DNA of 64,000 bases from NCBI GenBank assembly GCA_963835575.1, contig CAWIGG010000002.1, forward strand, positions 1,344,001 through 1,408,000, written 5' to 3'. The notes beneath the pieces were generated by a model. It did not search any database and was not told the DNA's origin. It saw nothing but the letters and a program-made list of their open reading frames with translations. Source of the DNA: an uncultured Spirochaetota bacterium. Lineage in GTDB: Bacteria > Spirochaetota > Brevinematia > Brevinematales > JAOACQ01. Positions 48,489 to 58,733 of the stretch are shown one piece after another (positions within the stretch are counted from its first letter, which is position 1; the number at the start of each line of letters is the position of its first letter). Made by a program: the position numbers and the translations under genes.

Positions 48489-50042
48489 ATGCAAATACTA
48501 CAGGACAGGATAAAATTATTTTTGAGATCATCGCTTTTTATTGTTTTGATTTTTGCCCTGGTAAAACTCGTCCTTCATCTGGCGACGGCCGTCAATTACG
48601 GTTATTTTGTCGACGAGCTTTATACCATCGCCTGCGGAGAACATCTATCTTTCGGCTATGTGGACATCCCGCCGATGGCGCCGTTTTTATCGAAAATCAG
48701 CGGCCTTATGTTCGGATATTCCCTGTTCAGCATTCATATTTTTCCCGCTCTATCAGGGGCCCTGCTGATCGTTTTTACGGGATTGTTCGTGATGGAACTG
48801 GGAGGGAGCCGGTTTGCCGTGCTGCTGGCATGCCTGGCCGTTTTAACGGCCCCGGTCTGGCTTACTATGAATTCCATGCTTGCCTATGATAATTTCGACC
48901 AGCTTTTCACAATGATCTTCTTTTATCTCTTGTTAAAGCTGATCAAATCGGACAGGCCGAAAATGTTCCTCATCCTGGGAATCATCGGAGGGGTCTGTTT
49001 ATTGACAAAACTCACCCTGGCCTTTGCCGGCATAGCCCTGGCAATAGCGCTGCTTCTGACAAAAAGCAGGAAATACTATGCTTCGCCCTGGCTATGGCTC
49101 GCGCCGCTCATATCCCTTGTTATTTTTTCACCTTATCTCTTCTGGCAGTATTCCCACCAATGGCCTCTTATTGAATACCTGAACAATTATTCGCAGTACG
49201 GCACCTACCATGCCAAACCGTTGGAATATCTGGGCATGATCACGCTGATGATCAATCCCCTGACCCTCCCTCTCTGGCTTCTGGGCCTTTATTATTATTT
49301 CTTCGATGAAGAAGGTAAAAAATATTCCGAATTCGGCATTATACCGTTGTTTATGTTTATTATCCTTTTCATTATCCTGAAAGCGAAGGCCTACATGATA
49401 GTCGCGGTATTTATCCCCCTGATAGCGGGCGGATGCGCACTATTGGGAAAATGGATTCCGGACAGGAAATGGCTGTGGTTAAAAACCCTTGTCGTCTGTG
49501 TCTTTGTTTTTGTAGGCATAAAACTTCTTCCTCTTTTCATTCCGCTTTTTTCACCGGAAAAGCTGGTTCATTATTACAAGATTTTTAATAAATATACGGG
49601 CCAGGTCAAAACTGAAAACTCCGAGATTTCTGTTTTGCCGCAGACAATGGCCGACCGCTTCGGCTGGGATGAACTGGTCAGAGACATCGCGGAAGTATAC
49701 CATTCCCTTCCCGCGGAAGACCAGAAGAAATGCACGATTTTCGGAGGCAGCTATGGGGCCGCCGGAGCCGTTGACCTCATGGGCGGACAGTACGGCCTAC
49801 CGAAGGCCGTCAGCGGTCACTTGAGTTATTATATATGGGGGCCGGGCGATAATACCGGCGAGATTTTGATCACAGCCGGCGTAAAAAGCGTACAGCTCAG
49901 AAGTTTCTACGAGGAAATTACCCTGGCGAAAGAGTTTTATAATCCCTACACAATGCCCCGCAATAATGTCCCGATTTATATCTGCAGGAAGCCGAATATG
50001 AATATTCAGGAAGCCTGGAAATATATAAAAAATTATCAATGA
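48489..50042 (+). CDS. GT-C membrane glycosyltransferase (PMT_2/ArnT-like)
   Basis: YFVDELY, GYVDIPP, multiple TM segments, YGAAGA, SGHLSYYIWGP. Confidence 0.85.
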   Translation: MQILQDRIKLFLRSSLFIVLIFALVKLVLHLATAVNYGYFVDELYTIACGEHLSFGYVDIPPMAPFLSKISGLMFGYSLFSIHIFPALSGALLIVFTGLFVMELGGSRFAVLLACLAVLTAPVWLTMNSMLAYDNFDQLFTMIFFYLLLKLIKSDRPKMFLILGIIGGVCLLTKLTLAFAGIALAIALLLTKSRKYYASPWLWLAPLISLVIFSPYLFWQYSHQWPLIEYLNNYSQYGTYHAKPLEYLGMITLMINPLTLPLWLLGLYYYFFDEEGKKYSEFGIIPLFMFIILFIILKAKAYMIVAVFIPLIAGGCALLGKWIPDRKWLWLKTLVVCVFVFVGIKLLPLFIPLFSPEKLVHYYKIFNKYTGQVKTENSEISVLPQTMADRFGWDELVRDIAEVYHSLPAEDQKKCTIFGGSYGAAGAVDLMGGQYGLPKAVSGHLSYYIWGPGDNTGEILITAGVKSVQLRSFYEEITLAKEFYNPYTMPRNNVPIYICRKPNMNIQEAWKYIKNYQ

Positions 50043-50105
50043 ACTGCAGAAATCGGCGATATTTCCGCTTAAGTAATTTCCAATAATTGAAAAAGGAGAT
50101 GACTT

Positions 50106-50684
50106 TTGCGCAGTCCTATTTTATTTTTCAGTTTACTTTTTTTCGTAATTATAGTTTCATGTTCCGCAAATAAAATATCCGATGATGAAAGAAAGCAGTT
50201 ATTCACTATCGATAATATTATTAAAAACACTTCTTTCACATTCAAAAACATTCAGAAATGCGAAAATATTTCAAAAACAGAGTTCCTGTATTACATAAAT
50301 CAGATTTCTTATGACTTTGATTCATTTAAGGACAGTCATAATTCAAAATATCTCGTAATTACTTCAACACTTCAGTCCTTCCCATCCGAGTTTTCGGCTA
50401 AGAATAACATATTGACTCAAAACCTGGCATTCAAAATCGGATTCAGCCTGGCCGGTCAAAAAGTCGGATTAAAAGCCGATAATAAACTATTCACGCTCGG
50501 CGACGACAACTATCACTCATTTATTACTAGTAAGGAAAATAAAATCGGCAATTACATCATCACAAGAGCCGGTAGAAAAGTCCTGCAGATCATTATCATC
50601 GGCATTTATTTTGATGATAAAAATACGCTTGAGGATTGCGTCAGGGAAACTATAATCAACATAAAAAATGCAAATAAAAAATAA
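50106..50684 (+). CDS. Hypothetical lipoprotein
   Basis: RBS aggag; signal ending IIVSC. Confidence 0.65.
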   Translation: MRSPILFFSLLFFVIIVSCSANKISDDERKQLFTIDNIIKNTSFTFKNIQKCENISKTEFLYYINQISYDFDSFKDSHNSKYLVITSTLQSFPSEFSAKNNILTQNLAFKIGFSLAGQKVGLKADNKLFTLGDDNYHSFITSKENKIGNYIITRAGRKVLQIIIIGIYFDDKNTLEDCVRETIINIKNANKK

Positions 50685-50695
50685 AGGAGTTCTTT

Positions 50696-51178
50696 ATGGC
50701 GAAAAAAATGAGCTGGGAAGGCATCGGGCCTAAATTGGCGCTGTCTATGCTGCCCTATCTGGCTTTAGTAATCACAATTATGGTCATTTATCCGGATTTT
50801 CTGAAGATCAATTTCATACCGCAAACATATGCGAATTTGATCAGTATAATCTGGGGCGCGATAGGGATTATATTCTATATCATAACGTCCGTCACATTCT
50901 TCAGAGTGTTCTATAAGAATAAACTGATCACCACCGGCCCTTTTGCCCTTTCAAGAAACCCTATTTACGCAAGCTTCATCATTTTCTTTATTCCCGCGCT
51001 GGCTGTATATTTCCGTTCCTGGCTTCTGCTGTCAGCGGCTGTGGCCCTCTATCTCAACTTCAAGATCCTGATCAAAGAGGAAAACACCATTCTGGAGTCA
51101 ATTTTCGGGAAGGAATACCTTGATTACAAAAAGAGAGTTAATGAACTTTTACCTCTGCCTAAATTGAGGAAATCATAA
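50696..51178 (+). CDS. Isoprenylcysteine carboxyl methyltransferase/PEMT-family membrane protein
   Basis: LITTGPFALSRNPIYA, EE..L...FG.EY.DYKKRV. Confidence 0.85.
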   Translation: MAKKMSWEGIGPKLALSMLPYLALVITIMVIYPDFLKINFIPQTYANLISIIWGAIGIIFYIITSVTFFRVFYKNKLITTGPFALSRNPIYASFIIFFIPALAVYFRSWLLLSAAVALYLNFKILIKEENTILESIFGKEYLDYKKRVNELLPLPKLRKS

Positions 51179-51213
51179 ATTATTAAAATTGATAATTATA
51201 TTATGAGAATCTC

Positions 51214-52047
51214 ATGACTTTCATCACATACTATTTCAGCGGTACTGGAAATACCCGATGGGCTGTCGAGAAATTCACAAGCCTGGCCGAAGCGGCTGGT
51301 CATAAAGCGGAAATGATATCCATTGAGGAAAATTCTAAAAACAATGTCCATTCCATTATTAAAAGAATGAATGCCGCCGACTATATAGGAATAGCCTACC
51401 CGGTCTACGGGGCCGATATGCCGGCTGTTATGAAGCGTTTCCTGGCCGGCATTGCCGAAGTCATAAAACACATTGATGAAATAAAAGGCAAGCCCGTATA
51501 TGTCATTACAACAGCCGGGTTTATCAACGGTTTCGGTCCTATTGAGGCTTCGAAAGCGCTGAAACGTCTTGGATTGGAACTTAAAGGCCATATCTTTCTC
51601 CGCATAGCGAATAATTCCTCAACTCCATTATTAAAAACAAATCCCGTTTCAGAAAATGAGATGGAACGCCGGAAATCAAATGCTGTTTCAGAGCTCCAAA
51701 AATTATTAAACAGGCTCGCTGACGGAAAAAAATATATTAGAGGCATCGGGCCGTATTTAATACCCGGAATTATTATCCGGAAAACTACGGCTAAAAGTAA
51801 GGATAATTTTTATAAAAGACAGAAGGTTGATTTATCGCTCTGCAGCCTCTGCATGATCTGTCTAAATAATTGTCCCACCGGCTGTATTGAATACAACGGG
51901 AAAGATTTTATTTTCAAGCCGGACTGTACATCATGCTTCCGCTGTTATAATTTCTGTCCAAAAGCCGCCATTCTGTATAACGGACGGTATGCAGACCCGT
52001 CAATTTATGCCCGTTATTTAGGGCCGGAAAAAGGGTATAATATTTAA
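51214..52047 (+). CDS. EFR1-type flavodoxin-ferredoxin fusion
   Basis: YYFSGTGNT, AYPVYG, CSLCMICLNNCP, CTSCFRCYNFCP. Confidence 0.88.
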   Translation: MTFITYYFSGTGNTRWAVEKFTSLAEAAGHKAEMISIEENSKNNVHSIIKRMNAADYIGIAYPVYGADMPAVMKRFLAGIAEVIKHIDEIKGKPVYVITTAGFINGFGPIEASKALKRLGLELKGHIFLRIANNSSTPLLKTNPVSENEMERRKSNAVSELQKLLNRLADGKKYIRGIGPYLIPGIIIRKTTAKSKDNFYKRQKVDLSLCSLCMICLNNCPTGCIEYNGKDFIFKPDCTSCFRCYNFCPKAAILYNGRYADPSIYARYLGPEKGYNI

Positions 52048-52096
52048 TCACCATCTGTCTTAATAGCAGAATCCAGGAATTATAATAAAATTTTAT

Positions 52097-52125
52097 TTGA
52101 CACAAAATAGAAAACCTACTATAAT
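52097..52125 (+). promoter_or_regulatory. Consensus sigma70 promoter of fur
   Basis: TTGACA(52097)-17nt-TATAAT(52120). Confidence 0.85.
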
Positions 52126-52129
52126 AAAT

Positions 52130-52148
52130 GATAATGATAATCATTTGC
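52130..52148. promoter_or_regulatory. Fur box upstream of fur
   Basis: gataatgataatcatttgc, 17/19 match to GATAATGATAATCATTATC. Confidence 0.8.
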
Positions 52149-52171
52149 ATTTATTAAGAAAAGGACCATTT

Positions 52172-52600
52172 ATGGAAGCTCAGGACGTATTTGAAAAACA
52201 TTTGAAAGAAAAAGGAATCCGGCAGAGCGGACAGCGGCAGAAAATACTGGGTGTTTTTTTAGCCGCTGAGAAACATGTCACTATGGCCGATTTATATGAA
52301 CTGGTGAGAAAGCAGAATCCCGGCATAGGATACGCTACGGTTTATCGGGCTATGAAAGTCATCTGCGGCAGCGGATTAGCGCGGGAGGTGGATTTCGGAG
52401 ACGGCATCATGCGCTTTGAGCACAACTACGGACATGAGCACCATGACCATTTGTTATGTGTGAAATGCGGAAAAGTGATTGAGGCATTGTGCCCTGAATT
52501 AGAGCAGCTCCAGGATAAGATGGCGAAGGAATATGGCTTAACGCCGGTCAGCCACTGCCTGCAGATTTTCGGTATTTGTAAAGACTGTGCTGAGAAATAA
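52172..52600 (+). CDS. fur: Ferric uptake regulator
   Basis: QRQKIL, IGYATVYR, HEHHDHLLCVKCG, FGICKDC. Confidence 0.93.
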   Translation: MEAQDVFEKHLKEKGIRQSGQRQKILGVFLAAEKHVTMADLYELVRKQNPGIGYATVYRAMKVICGSGLAREVDFGDGIMRFEHNYGHEHHDHLLCVKCGKVIEALCPELEQLQDKMAKEYGLTPVSHCLQIFGICKDCAEK

Positions 52601-52932
52601 TATGGATTAATAAAAATGAAATAAGTTGCGGATAAGAAATATTATCACAGGAAGGCACAAAGCGATGCCAAGAATCATTGTCCTGAAGGAGGGTGAAAGA
52701 AAGCGAAGCGCATCGAAGGAACGGGAAAGACGTTTTATTTTGGGGCTGTGTCCATTATATTTTATACATTTTTCTTGATGTTGCCTTGAAGCTTAATTGG
52801 TGAACCCGTTCGATAGACTTATGCACTGCCTATCAAACCATAGCGCCTCGCATCGAGGCTTCTTGTGAAGCAAATGAAAGTTGTGAAACTGTATGAATGG
52901 TCTGAATAGAGACAGCAATTTTAAAATATAAG

Positions 52933-52952
52933 TGATAATGATTATCATTATT
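52933..52952. promoter_or_regulatory. Fur box upstream of the 53-58 kb operon
   Basis: TGATAATgATTATCA is a perfect 7-1-7 palindrome just upstream of RBS aggagg. Confidence 0.85.
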
Positions 52953-52970
52953 ATTAAAAGGAGGTTTAAA

Positions 52971-53975
52971 ATGAAATTTTTGGTAATAGGCGCTGGTGTA
53001 ATCGGGACAACTTATTCATGGTTTTTATCTCAATCAAACAATGATATGACTCACTACGTTAGAAAAGAAAAATTAAATGATTACAAAACAAATGGTATTA
53101 AAATGAATTGCTGGGACCAGAGACATTTTTTCAAGAGAATCATCAATACGGTTTATAAACCAAAGTTTGTGAATAGTTTTAAATCTTCCGATAACTACGA
53201 TTATATTATTACTTCCCTTAAAAGCGGGCAAATTGAACCGATGCTCGAAACGCTCAGGGATCATGCTGGAAATTCAACAATTCTCATTTTACAGAATTTA
53301 TCATTTATCGAGTTGGATCTGATAAAGAAATATTTAAAACCATCCCAATATCTTCTGGGTTTTCCTCCTATAGGCGGCGGGAGAAGGAATAATATAATTG
53401 AATCCGTTATATTGGGCTTGCCGACAATATTAGGCGAAGCTGATGGAACAATTACCGGCAGAACGGAGGAAGTAAAAAAAATACTGGAATCGGCGAATTT
53501 AAAAGCCGGAATATCAAAAGAAATGATCCCCTTTTTAAAAACGCATTTTCTGACTATAGCCGCTTTATTAGCGCCTTATTTTATGGCAGGATCCTATGAT
53601 GAAACAATCAAGCTGTTTTATATTAAAAAATCCATTCTGGCAATGCGGGAAGTTTTTGAAATATGCAGAAAGGAAGGAATAGAAACCAGAAAAATGAATG
53701 AAACAAAATTGTTCTACTATCCGATATGGCTTTTGGCCCCTATTTTTCATTTTACTTTCAAAAATAAAACCATTAGAAGGATTTGTGAAGGGGATCTTAT
53801 TCAGGGCGGCGATTGGGTGCTTATTATGTATTATAATATTTTTGAGGAAGGGAAAAAACTGAATATTGAATTTCCGGTTTTTGAAAGTTTCAAACCTTAT
53901 GTCGATCGGTTCTTCAACGATAAAACGCGCTTATCGCCGGAGAGGCCTGAAAATGCCGGTTATGCTTCCCGTTAG
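52971..53975 (+). CDS. Ketopantoate reductase (ApbA/PanE)-like oxidoreductase
   Basis: MKFLVIGAGVIG, YDYIITSLK, ILQN, GFPPIGG, LKTH. Confidence 0.8.
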   Translation: MKFLVIGAGVIGTTYSWFLSQSNNDMTHYVRKEKLNDYKTNGIKMNCWDQRHFFKRIINTVYKPKFVNSFKSSDNYDYIITSLKSGQIEPMLETLRDHAGNSTILILQNLSFIELDLIKKYLKPSQYLLGFPPIGGGRRNNIIESVILGLPTILGEADGTITGRTEEVKKILESANLKAGISKEMIPFLKTHFLTIAALLAPYFMAGSYDETIKLFYIKKSILAMREVFEICRKEGIETRKMNETKLFYYPIWLLAPIFHFTFKNKTIRRICEGDLIQGGDWVLIMYYNIFEEGKKLNIEFPVFESFKPYVDRFFNDKTRLSPERPENAGYASR

Positions 53976-54008
53976 TTTTGAATATGTTATAAAGGAGCCT
54001 AAACAGAT

Positions 54009-54716
54009 ATGAATGCTAATTATTATTTCAAACACAAAAAAAAACTGATTAAAGATTTTAAAGGATTGATAAAGAAAAATAAGATCGTCCTTGAAAGATT
54101 TTATAATGATAAAACCGTTGAAGACATTATAAATAAAACAGTTAAAAACTATTCGGGATTAATTCCGGAAATACCTTATGTCGGGGGTAAAGAAAATCAT
54201 TTAACGGAAATGCTGATCAGTTCCGTACAGGCTCTTTCCATGATTATCACATTGAAAGACCTCGGTGAAAGCAAGGGAAAAATCGGTGAAATAATTTATA
54301 GAATAGCGGAAAATCGAATCCGTTCGGTCAACCCGGTTTTACTGTTTTTCATCCGTATCATGTTTTTTTCAAAGACCCGGCTGAAAAAAATGAAAAATGC
54401 GTCTTTAAAATCGCAGGATAAGAAATACTCTGAAAATTGGGTTTACAAGACAACTATAGGCAAGGATACAGACTTTACTTTCACAAACACCTATTCGGAA
54501 TGCGGTATCTATAAATTTTACAAAAAAATGGGGTATGAAGAATATGTGCCGTATTTATGTTTAACGGATTACGCGTTATTTAAAGGTTTAAAAGTCAGAT
54601 TAGAGCGGAGCAAAACTATCGGCAATGGGGATGAAATTTGTAATTTTAAATTTATCAGGAACGGAAAACCTGTAGAAGGCTGGCCGCCGGAAAAGTTAAA
54701 AGAATTTAAGGCATAA
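54009..54716 (+). CDS. L-2-amino-thiazoline-4-carboxylate hydrolase-like family protein
   Basis: IPYVGG..N, YSECGIYKF, YLCLTDY, LERSKTIGNGDEICNF. Confidence 0.75.
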   Translation: MNANYYFKHKKKLIKDFKGLIKKNKIVLERFYNDKTVEDIINKTVKNYSGLIPEIPYVGGKENHLTEMLISSVQALSMIITLKDLGESKGKIGEIIYRIAENRIRSVNPVLLFFIRIMFFSKTRLKKMKNASLKSQDKKYSENWVYKTTIGKDTDFTFTNTYSECGIYKFYKKMGYEEYVPYLCLTDYALFKGLKVRLERSKTIGNGDEICNFKFIRNGKPVEGWPPEKLKEFKA

Positions 54717-54735
54717 AACAGGAGACCGGAAAAAT

Positions 54736-55569
54736 ATGGATAAAAAACAAAAAAAGGAAATTATCAATCAAGTAAATGTTGACCTGGAATGGCTGGAAAG
54801 CAGGTATAAAGTTATTGATTTACCGGATTGGGAAAAAGCTCATATTTTAGACCTTGGCCCGAAAGGAAAAGACGTCCTGATATTCGCGCCGGTAGTACCG
54901 CCGTTTGAAGTAATCCATGTGCCAAACATCAAATATTTTCAGGATAAGTTCCGCGTAGTAGTTTATAGAAGGAAAGAGTCAAATAACGGTCCGATAACCC
55001 CGGTTGAACGGGCTGAAGAAATAGTGGTTCTTATGAATCACCTTAATATTAAAGAAGCACATTTTTGCGGTCTAAACGAAGGCGCTATAGCTGTTTTCAA
55101 TCTGTCAAAGCTTGACCGGTCAAAGGTTAAATCAATTGTTTGTACCAGCATAGGAATAGATAATTTATTCTCAAAATTCCAGCTTAAATTAGGCAAATAT
55201 TTTCCAATAGACCCCGGCGGCTGGGCCATAGGTCAAATAATAAAAACATTTATATCGAGCGCCGTTGATTCTTTCCTGGTGGCTTATTTATGGTCATTAG
55301 CGGTAAATGCGAAAAATATTATGCAAAACGGTGTTATTCCGCTTTATGAAAATTATAATCCGCATATCGAGTCACTAAAAATGCCGGTATTAAATATACA
55401 ATCATCGCCGATTGTTAAATATAAATCCGCAAAAGCCTTTATTGATAGCTTAGCAAAAGGAGAATTAAGATATATACCTGGGAATTCACATTTATGTATG
55501 TATATTTATCCGGATATATTTAATTTATTTATGGATAATTTTTACAAAAGTCATCAGTTTTATAAATGA
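54736..55569 (+). CDS. Alpha/beta-hydrolase-fold protein with the nucleophile replaced by Asn
   Basis: FRVVVY, AHFCGLNEGA, MPVLNI, IPGNSHL..PDIFN. Confidence 0.65.
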   Translation: MDKKQKKEIINQVNVDLEWLESRYKVIDLPDWEKAHILDLGPKGKDVLIFAPVVPPFEVIHVPNIKYFQDKFRVVVYRRKESNNGPITPVERAEEIVVLMNHLNIKEAHFCGLNEGAIAVFNLSKLDRSKVKSIVCTSIGIDNLFSKFQLKLGKYFPIDPGGWAIGQIIKTFISSAVDSFLVAYLWSLAVNAKNIMQNGVIPLYENYNPHIESLKMPVLNIQSSPIVKYKSAKAFIDSLAKGELRYIPGNSHLCMYIYPDIFNLFMDNFYKSHQFYK

Positions 55570-55588
55570 ATTTTAAAGGAAAACTTTT

Positions 55589-56521
55589 ATGAATAACAAC
55601 ACGAAAATATTAATCTATGGCGCGGGCGCGATCGGAAGTATATTCGCGGGAATGATGGCAAAAGCGGGTTATGATATAACGGTTTTAGACCGCGGAAAAC
55701 GTTATGACGAGCTTCGGCAAAAAGGATTGATTTTAAGCAGCTGGTTATCAAATAAAAAACTGCAGTTCAGGGTTAAAACTATTGACATTCTGAGCGCGGA
55801 CGATACTTATGATTACATTATCGCAGCGGTTCAGAACACGCAGATTGATTCAATATTGCCCATTTTATCAAAAAACAAGTCGCAAAATATAGTTTTTGTT
55901 GTCAACAATCCATCTGGCTATAAAAAATGGATTAACGCCGTAGGGTATGAAAAAATTATTATCGGTTTTCCATCCGCGGCCGGCGAAAAAAAAGACGGCA
56001 TTGTTCATTATTTTCTCGGGAAAGATCCATCAAAATTATTCCAGGCGACAACTTTTGGGGAATTGAATGGAAAAAAAACAGAAAGATTGTTAAAACTGGT
56101 TAAAATATTTAAAAATTCGGGTTTTTCTCCATGCATAAACAACAACATGGAAGCATGGCAAAAAACGCATGCCGCTGTTATCTTACCGATAGGCAAAGCC
56201 CTTTACAGGTTTGATTCAAATAATTATAAACTTTCAGAATCATACGGCGCTGTAAAGAAAATGGTATTGGCTACAAGAGAATGTTTTAAAGTTTTAAATA
56301 AAATGAATACCAGGATCACTCCCCGCAAATTAAATTTTTATTACTTCCCATTGTTCTTGATTGTCCCGGTGTATATGCTGGTAATGAATTCGAAAATAGC
56401 TGAATTTGCAATGGCAAAACCTGTTTTAACCGCTAAAGATGGAATGGCGGCGTTGGAAAAACAGTTCCGGTTGATGATAAAAGATTCGGGTTTGATGACG
56501 CCTAATTTTGATTCTTTGTAA
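55589..56521 (+). CDS. Second ketopantoate reductase-like oxidoreductase
   Basis: ILIYGAGAIG, YDYII.AV, VNN, GFPSAAG, WQKTHAA. Confidence 0.85.
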   Translation: MNNNTKILIYGAGAIGSIFAGMMAKAGYDITVLDRGKRYDELRQKGLILSSWLSNKKLQFRVKTIDILSADDTYDYIIAAVQNTQIDSILPILSKNKSQNIVFVVNNPSGYKKWINAVGYEKIIIGFPSAAGEKKDGIVHYFLGKDPSKLFQATTFGELNGKKTERLLKLVKIFKNSGFSPCINNNMEAWQKTHAAVILPIGKALYRFDSNNYKLSESYGAVKKMVLATRECFKVLNKMNTRITPRKLNFYYFPLFLIVPVYMLVMNSKIAEFAMAKPVLTAKDGMAALEKQFRLMIKDSGLMTPNFDSL

Positions 56522-56673
56522 TAATAATGGGTAAAGGAAATTATTTATAAAAAAGATCGGCTATAAATATCTTGAATACATAAAGAAGAGTGAGAAGATT
56601 TATTTAACTTGAATAAGCATCACGCATATATAGAACCGCAGAACTTAGCCGGGTTTTAAAAGGAGGTTTTCAA

Positions 56674-57153
56674 ATGAAAAGAATGAGCAGATGGGGCATT
56701 GGTCCAATGTTTGCCGCTTTATCAATTCTGTATGGATTGGTATCAATCGTAATAAGTCTATATTATCATCCATTATTTAAGATAGGGTTCATTCAAGGCC
56801 AAACATTGCTGATTGCCGGCATAGTTCTTATAGTCATCGGCATTCCATTTTTTATTATTTCTGTAATAGCGTTAACGAAAGCGTACAATTCTGACAAACT
56901 GATTACAGGAAGCGTTTATAGATGCTGCCGTCATCCCTTATACGCGTCCTGGATAGTATTTATTGTACCGGGTGCTGCTTTAATTTTTAATAGCTGGATT
57001 TGTTTAACTACGCCCATATTTATGTACTTCCTAGCACGTATTTTAGTTAAAAAAGAGGAAATATATTTGGAAAACAGGTTTGGAGCAGAATATTTAAAAT
57101 ATAAAAACAAGGTCCCTTGTATATTGCCTTATGGTTTATTTTTAAAAAAGTAA
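56674..57153 (+). CDS. ICMT/PEMT-family membrane methyltransferase, paralog of 50696-51178
   Basis: GIGP, LITGSVYRCCRHPLYA, EE.YLENRFG.EY. Confidence 0.85.
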   Translation: MKRMSRWGIGPMFAALSILYGLVSIVISLYYHPLFKIGFIQGQTLLIAGIVLIVIGIPFFIISVIALTKAYNSDKLITGSVYRCCRHPLYASWIVFIVPGAALIFNSWICLTTPIFMYFLARILVKKEEIYLENRFGAEYLKYKNKVPCILPYGLFLKK

Positions 57154-57245
57154 AAATGATATACAAAATTGCCAAGCTATGCGATCCGGCAGCAGCAAAC
57201 AAACGCCGCTGTTCCAGGTTAAAATAAAACGAGAGGCATAATACT

Positions 57246-58049
57246 ATGAATAACAATGTTGATTTTCTGATTTGTCCAAAAACAAAAAAGCGGTTAAAAG
57301 CGGACCCGCACAATCAAACAATGGCAACCGAAGACAATAGGATCATGTATCCAATTGTAGATGGAATTATTGATCTTTGCCATGAGAATAATAAACAGGT
57401 GTCGAAATCTTACGACTCTTTATCGCCATTCTATGATAAAATTCTTACCAGTGCGAATTTACTAACTCGAATTTATAATAAGCTGGTATGGGGATTATAC
57501 GACTCTGATTATGTGCCGGAATTATTGTCTTTTTTCCCGGATATTTCCAATAAGATAATCCTTGATGTTCCGGTGGGAACCGGCGTTTTTACTGTGGATT
57601 TATATAAAAAATTTGAAAAAACGTCGCGAATAATTGTTATCGATTATTCAATGGGGATGCTGAAAAAAGCTAAAGAAAGATATACCGCGAACGGAATCAA
57701 TAACATCACCTATATTCGCAGCGATATTAACAATTTACCTTTTTCGGATAATGCTGTGGATTTATTACTGACTATGAACGGGTATCATGCGTTTCCCGAT
57801 AAGGATAAAGCATTCAGTGAAATCATAAGAGTGATTAAACCAAAAGGATTATTATTGGGATGTTTCTATATAAAAGGCGAAAGGAAATTTACTGATTTCA
57901 TCATTAATTCTATAGTTCGAAAACATGGTTCTTTTTCCCCTCCGTTCTATAGCTTTGAAGAAGTAAAAGACATATGGGGTATACGTATAGATTTTAAACA
58001 TTATGACAACAAGAAATCAATAGTTTATTTCTCTGGAATAAAGAGATAA
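57246..58049 (+). CDS. Class I SAM-dependent methyltransferase with a Trm112-like N-terminus
   Basis: LICPKTK..YPIVDGI; ILDVPVGTG, DYSMGML, LPFSD, RVIKPKG. Confidence 0.88.
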   Translation: MNNNVDFLICPKTKKRLKADPHNQTMATEDNRIMYPIVDGIIDLCHENNKQVSKSYDSLSPFYDKILTSANLLTRIYNKLVWGLYDSDYVPELLSFFPDISNKIILDVPVGTGVFTVDLYKKFEKTSRIIVIDYSMGMLKKAKERYTANGINNITYIRSDINNLPFSDNAVDLLLTMNGYHAFPDKDKAFSEIIRVIKPKGLLLGCFYIKGERKFTDFIINSIVRKHGSFSPPFYSFEEVKDIWGIRIDFKHYDNKKSIVYFSGIKR

Positions 58050-58242
58050 AACCGGACGAACGGGTATCGGCTTGAAATAGAAAAATATCTTAGGAAGAAT
58101 TATGAATATCCTGTTATTGAATTGTATAATTTACAATGTGATTGCCTCGGCCGCGGTGTTATTTCTCGCGTTACCCCACCCCCACCGCTATATGATGCAG
58201 TATTTCCAAAATATTTTTTAAGATATTGAGAGATATTGAGCC

Positions 58243-58303
58243 TAAAACAGGAGGCCGTGTAAATATTAATAAAAAACAAAAAAAGAAAATTATCAATCAA
58301 GTA
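58243..58303 (+). repeat. Degenerate duplicate of 54714-54774 (RBS and 5' end of the hydrolase-like gene)
   Basis: taaaacaggag...taaaaaacaaaaaaag.aaattatcaatcaagta is shared; the ATG is mutated to ATT. Confidence 0.8.
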
Positions 58304-58322
58304 CAGGGACGCCTCCGTCAAT

Positions 58323-58700
58323 ATGCTTAATAAAGCGCACGAAAAAGCGGCTGAAACGGAGAAAAACATTGTATTCAAAGAAGGGAATATTCTCAATATT
58401 GAGGAAAAGCCTCGGTCTTTTGATTATGCCTTCGTTTCATTCGCCTTGCATCTCTTCCCTGAAGATAAAATCAAAACCATATTAAAAAAGCTCTATGAAA
58501 CCGCTTCTAAAAAGGTCATCATCATCGATCATACTCTTAAATGGCATCCGTTTATGGCTTTTATGGAATGGATCGAGGGAAGTTATTATGACCGGTTCAT
58601 CCGGCTTGATTTCAGGAAAATCGCAGATGAAGCCGGCTTCAAAAACTTTGAGCTGGTTACAGATAAGAAATATTCCTTATTGATATTATCCAGGGTATAA
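58323..58700 (+). pseudogene. 5'-truncated class I methyltransferase
   Basis: (DASVN)MLNKA..EGNI...SFD...SFALH..IIDH; motif I is absent. Confidence 0.7.
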
Positions 58701-58733
58701 ATCCTGTTTTTTATCATCAGTTCAATTTTATCT

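Noticed and set aside
48489..58700. Integron cassette array (many short co-directional genes)
   Set aside because: No integrase and no recurring attC-like sites were seen; spacers are mostly short with their own RBS.
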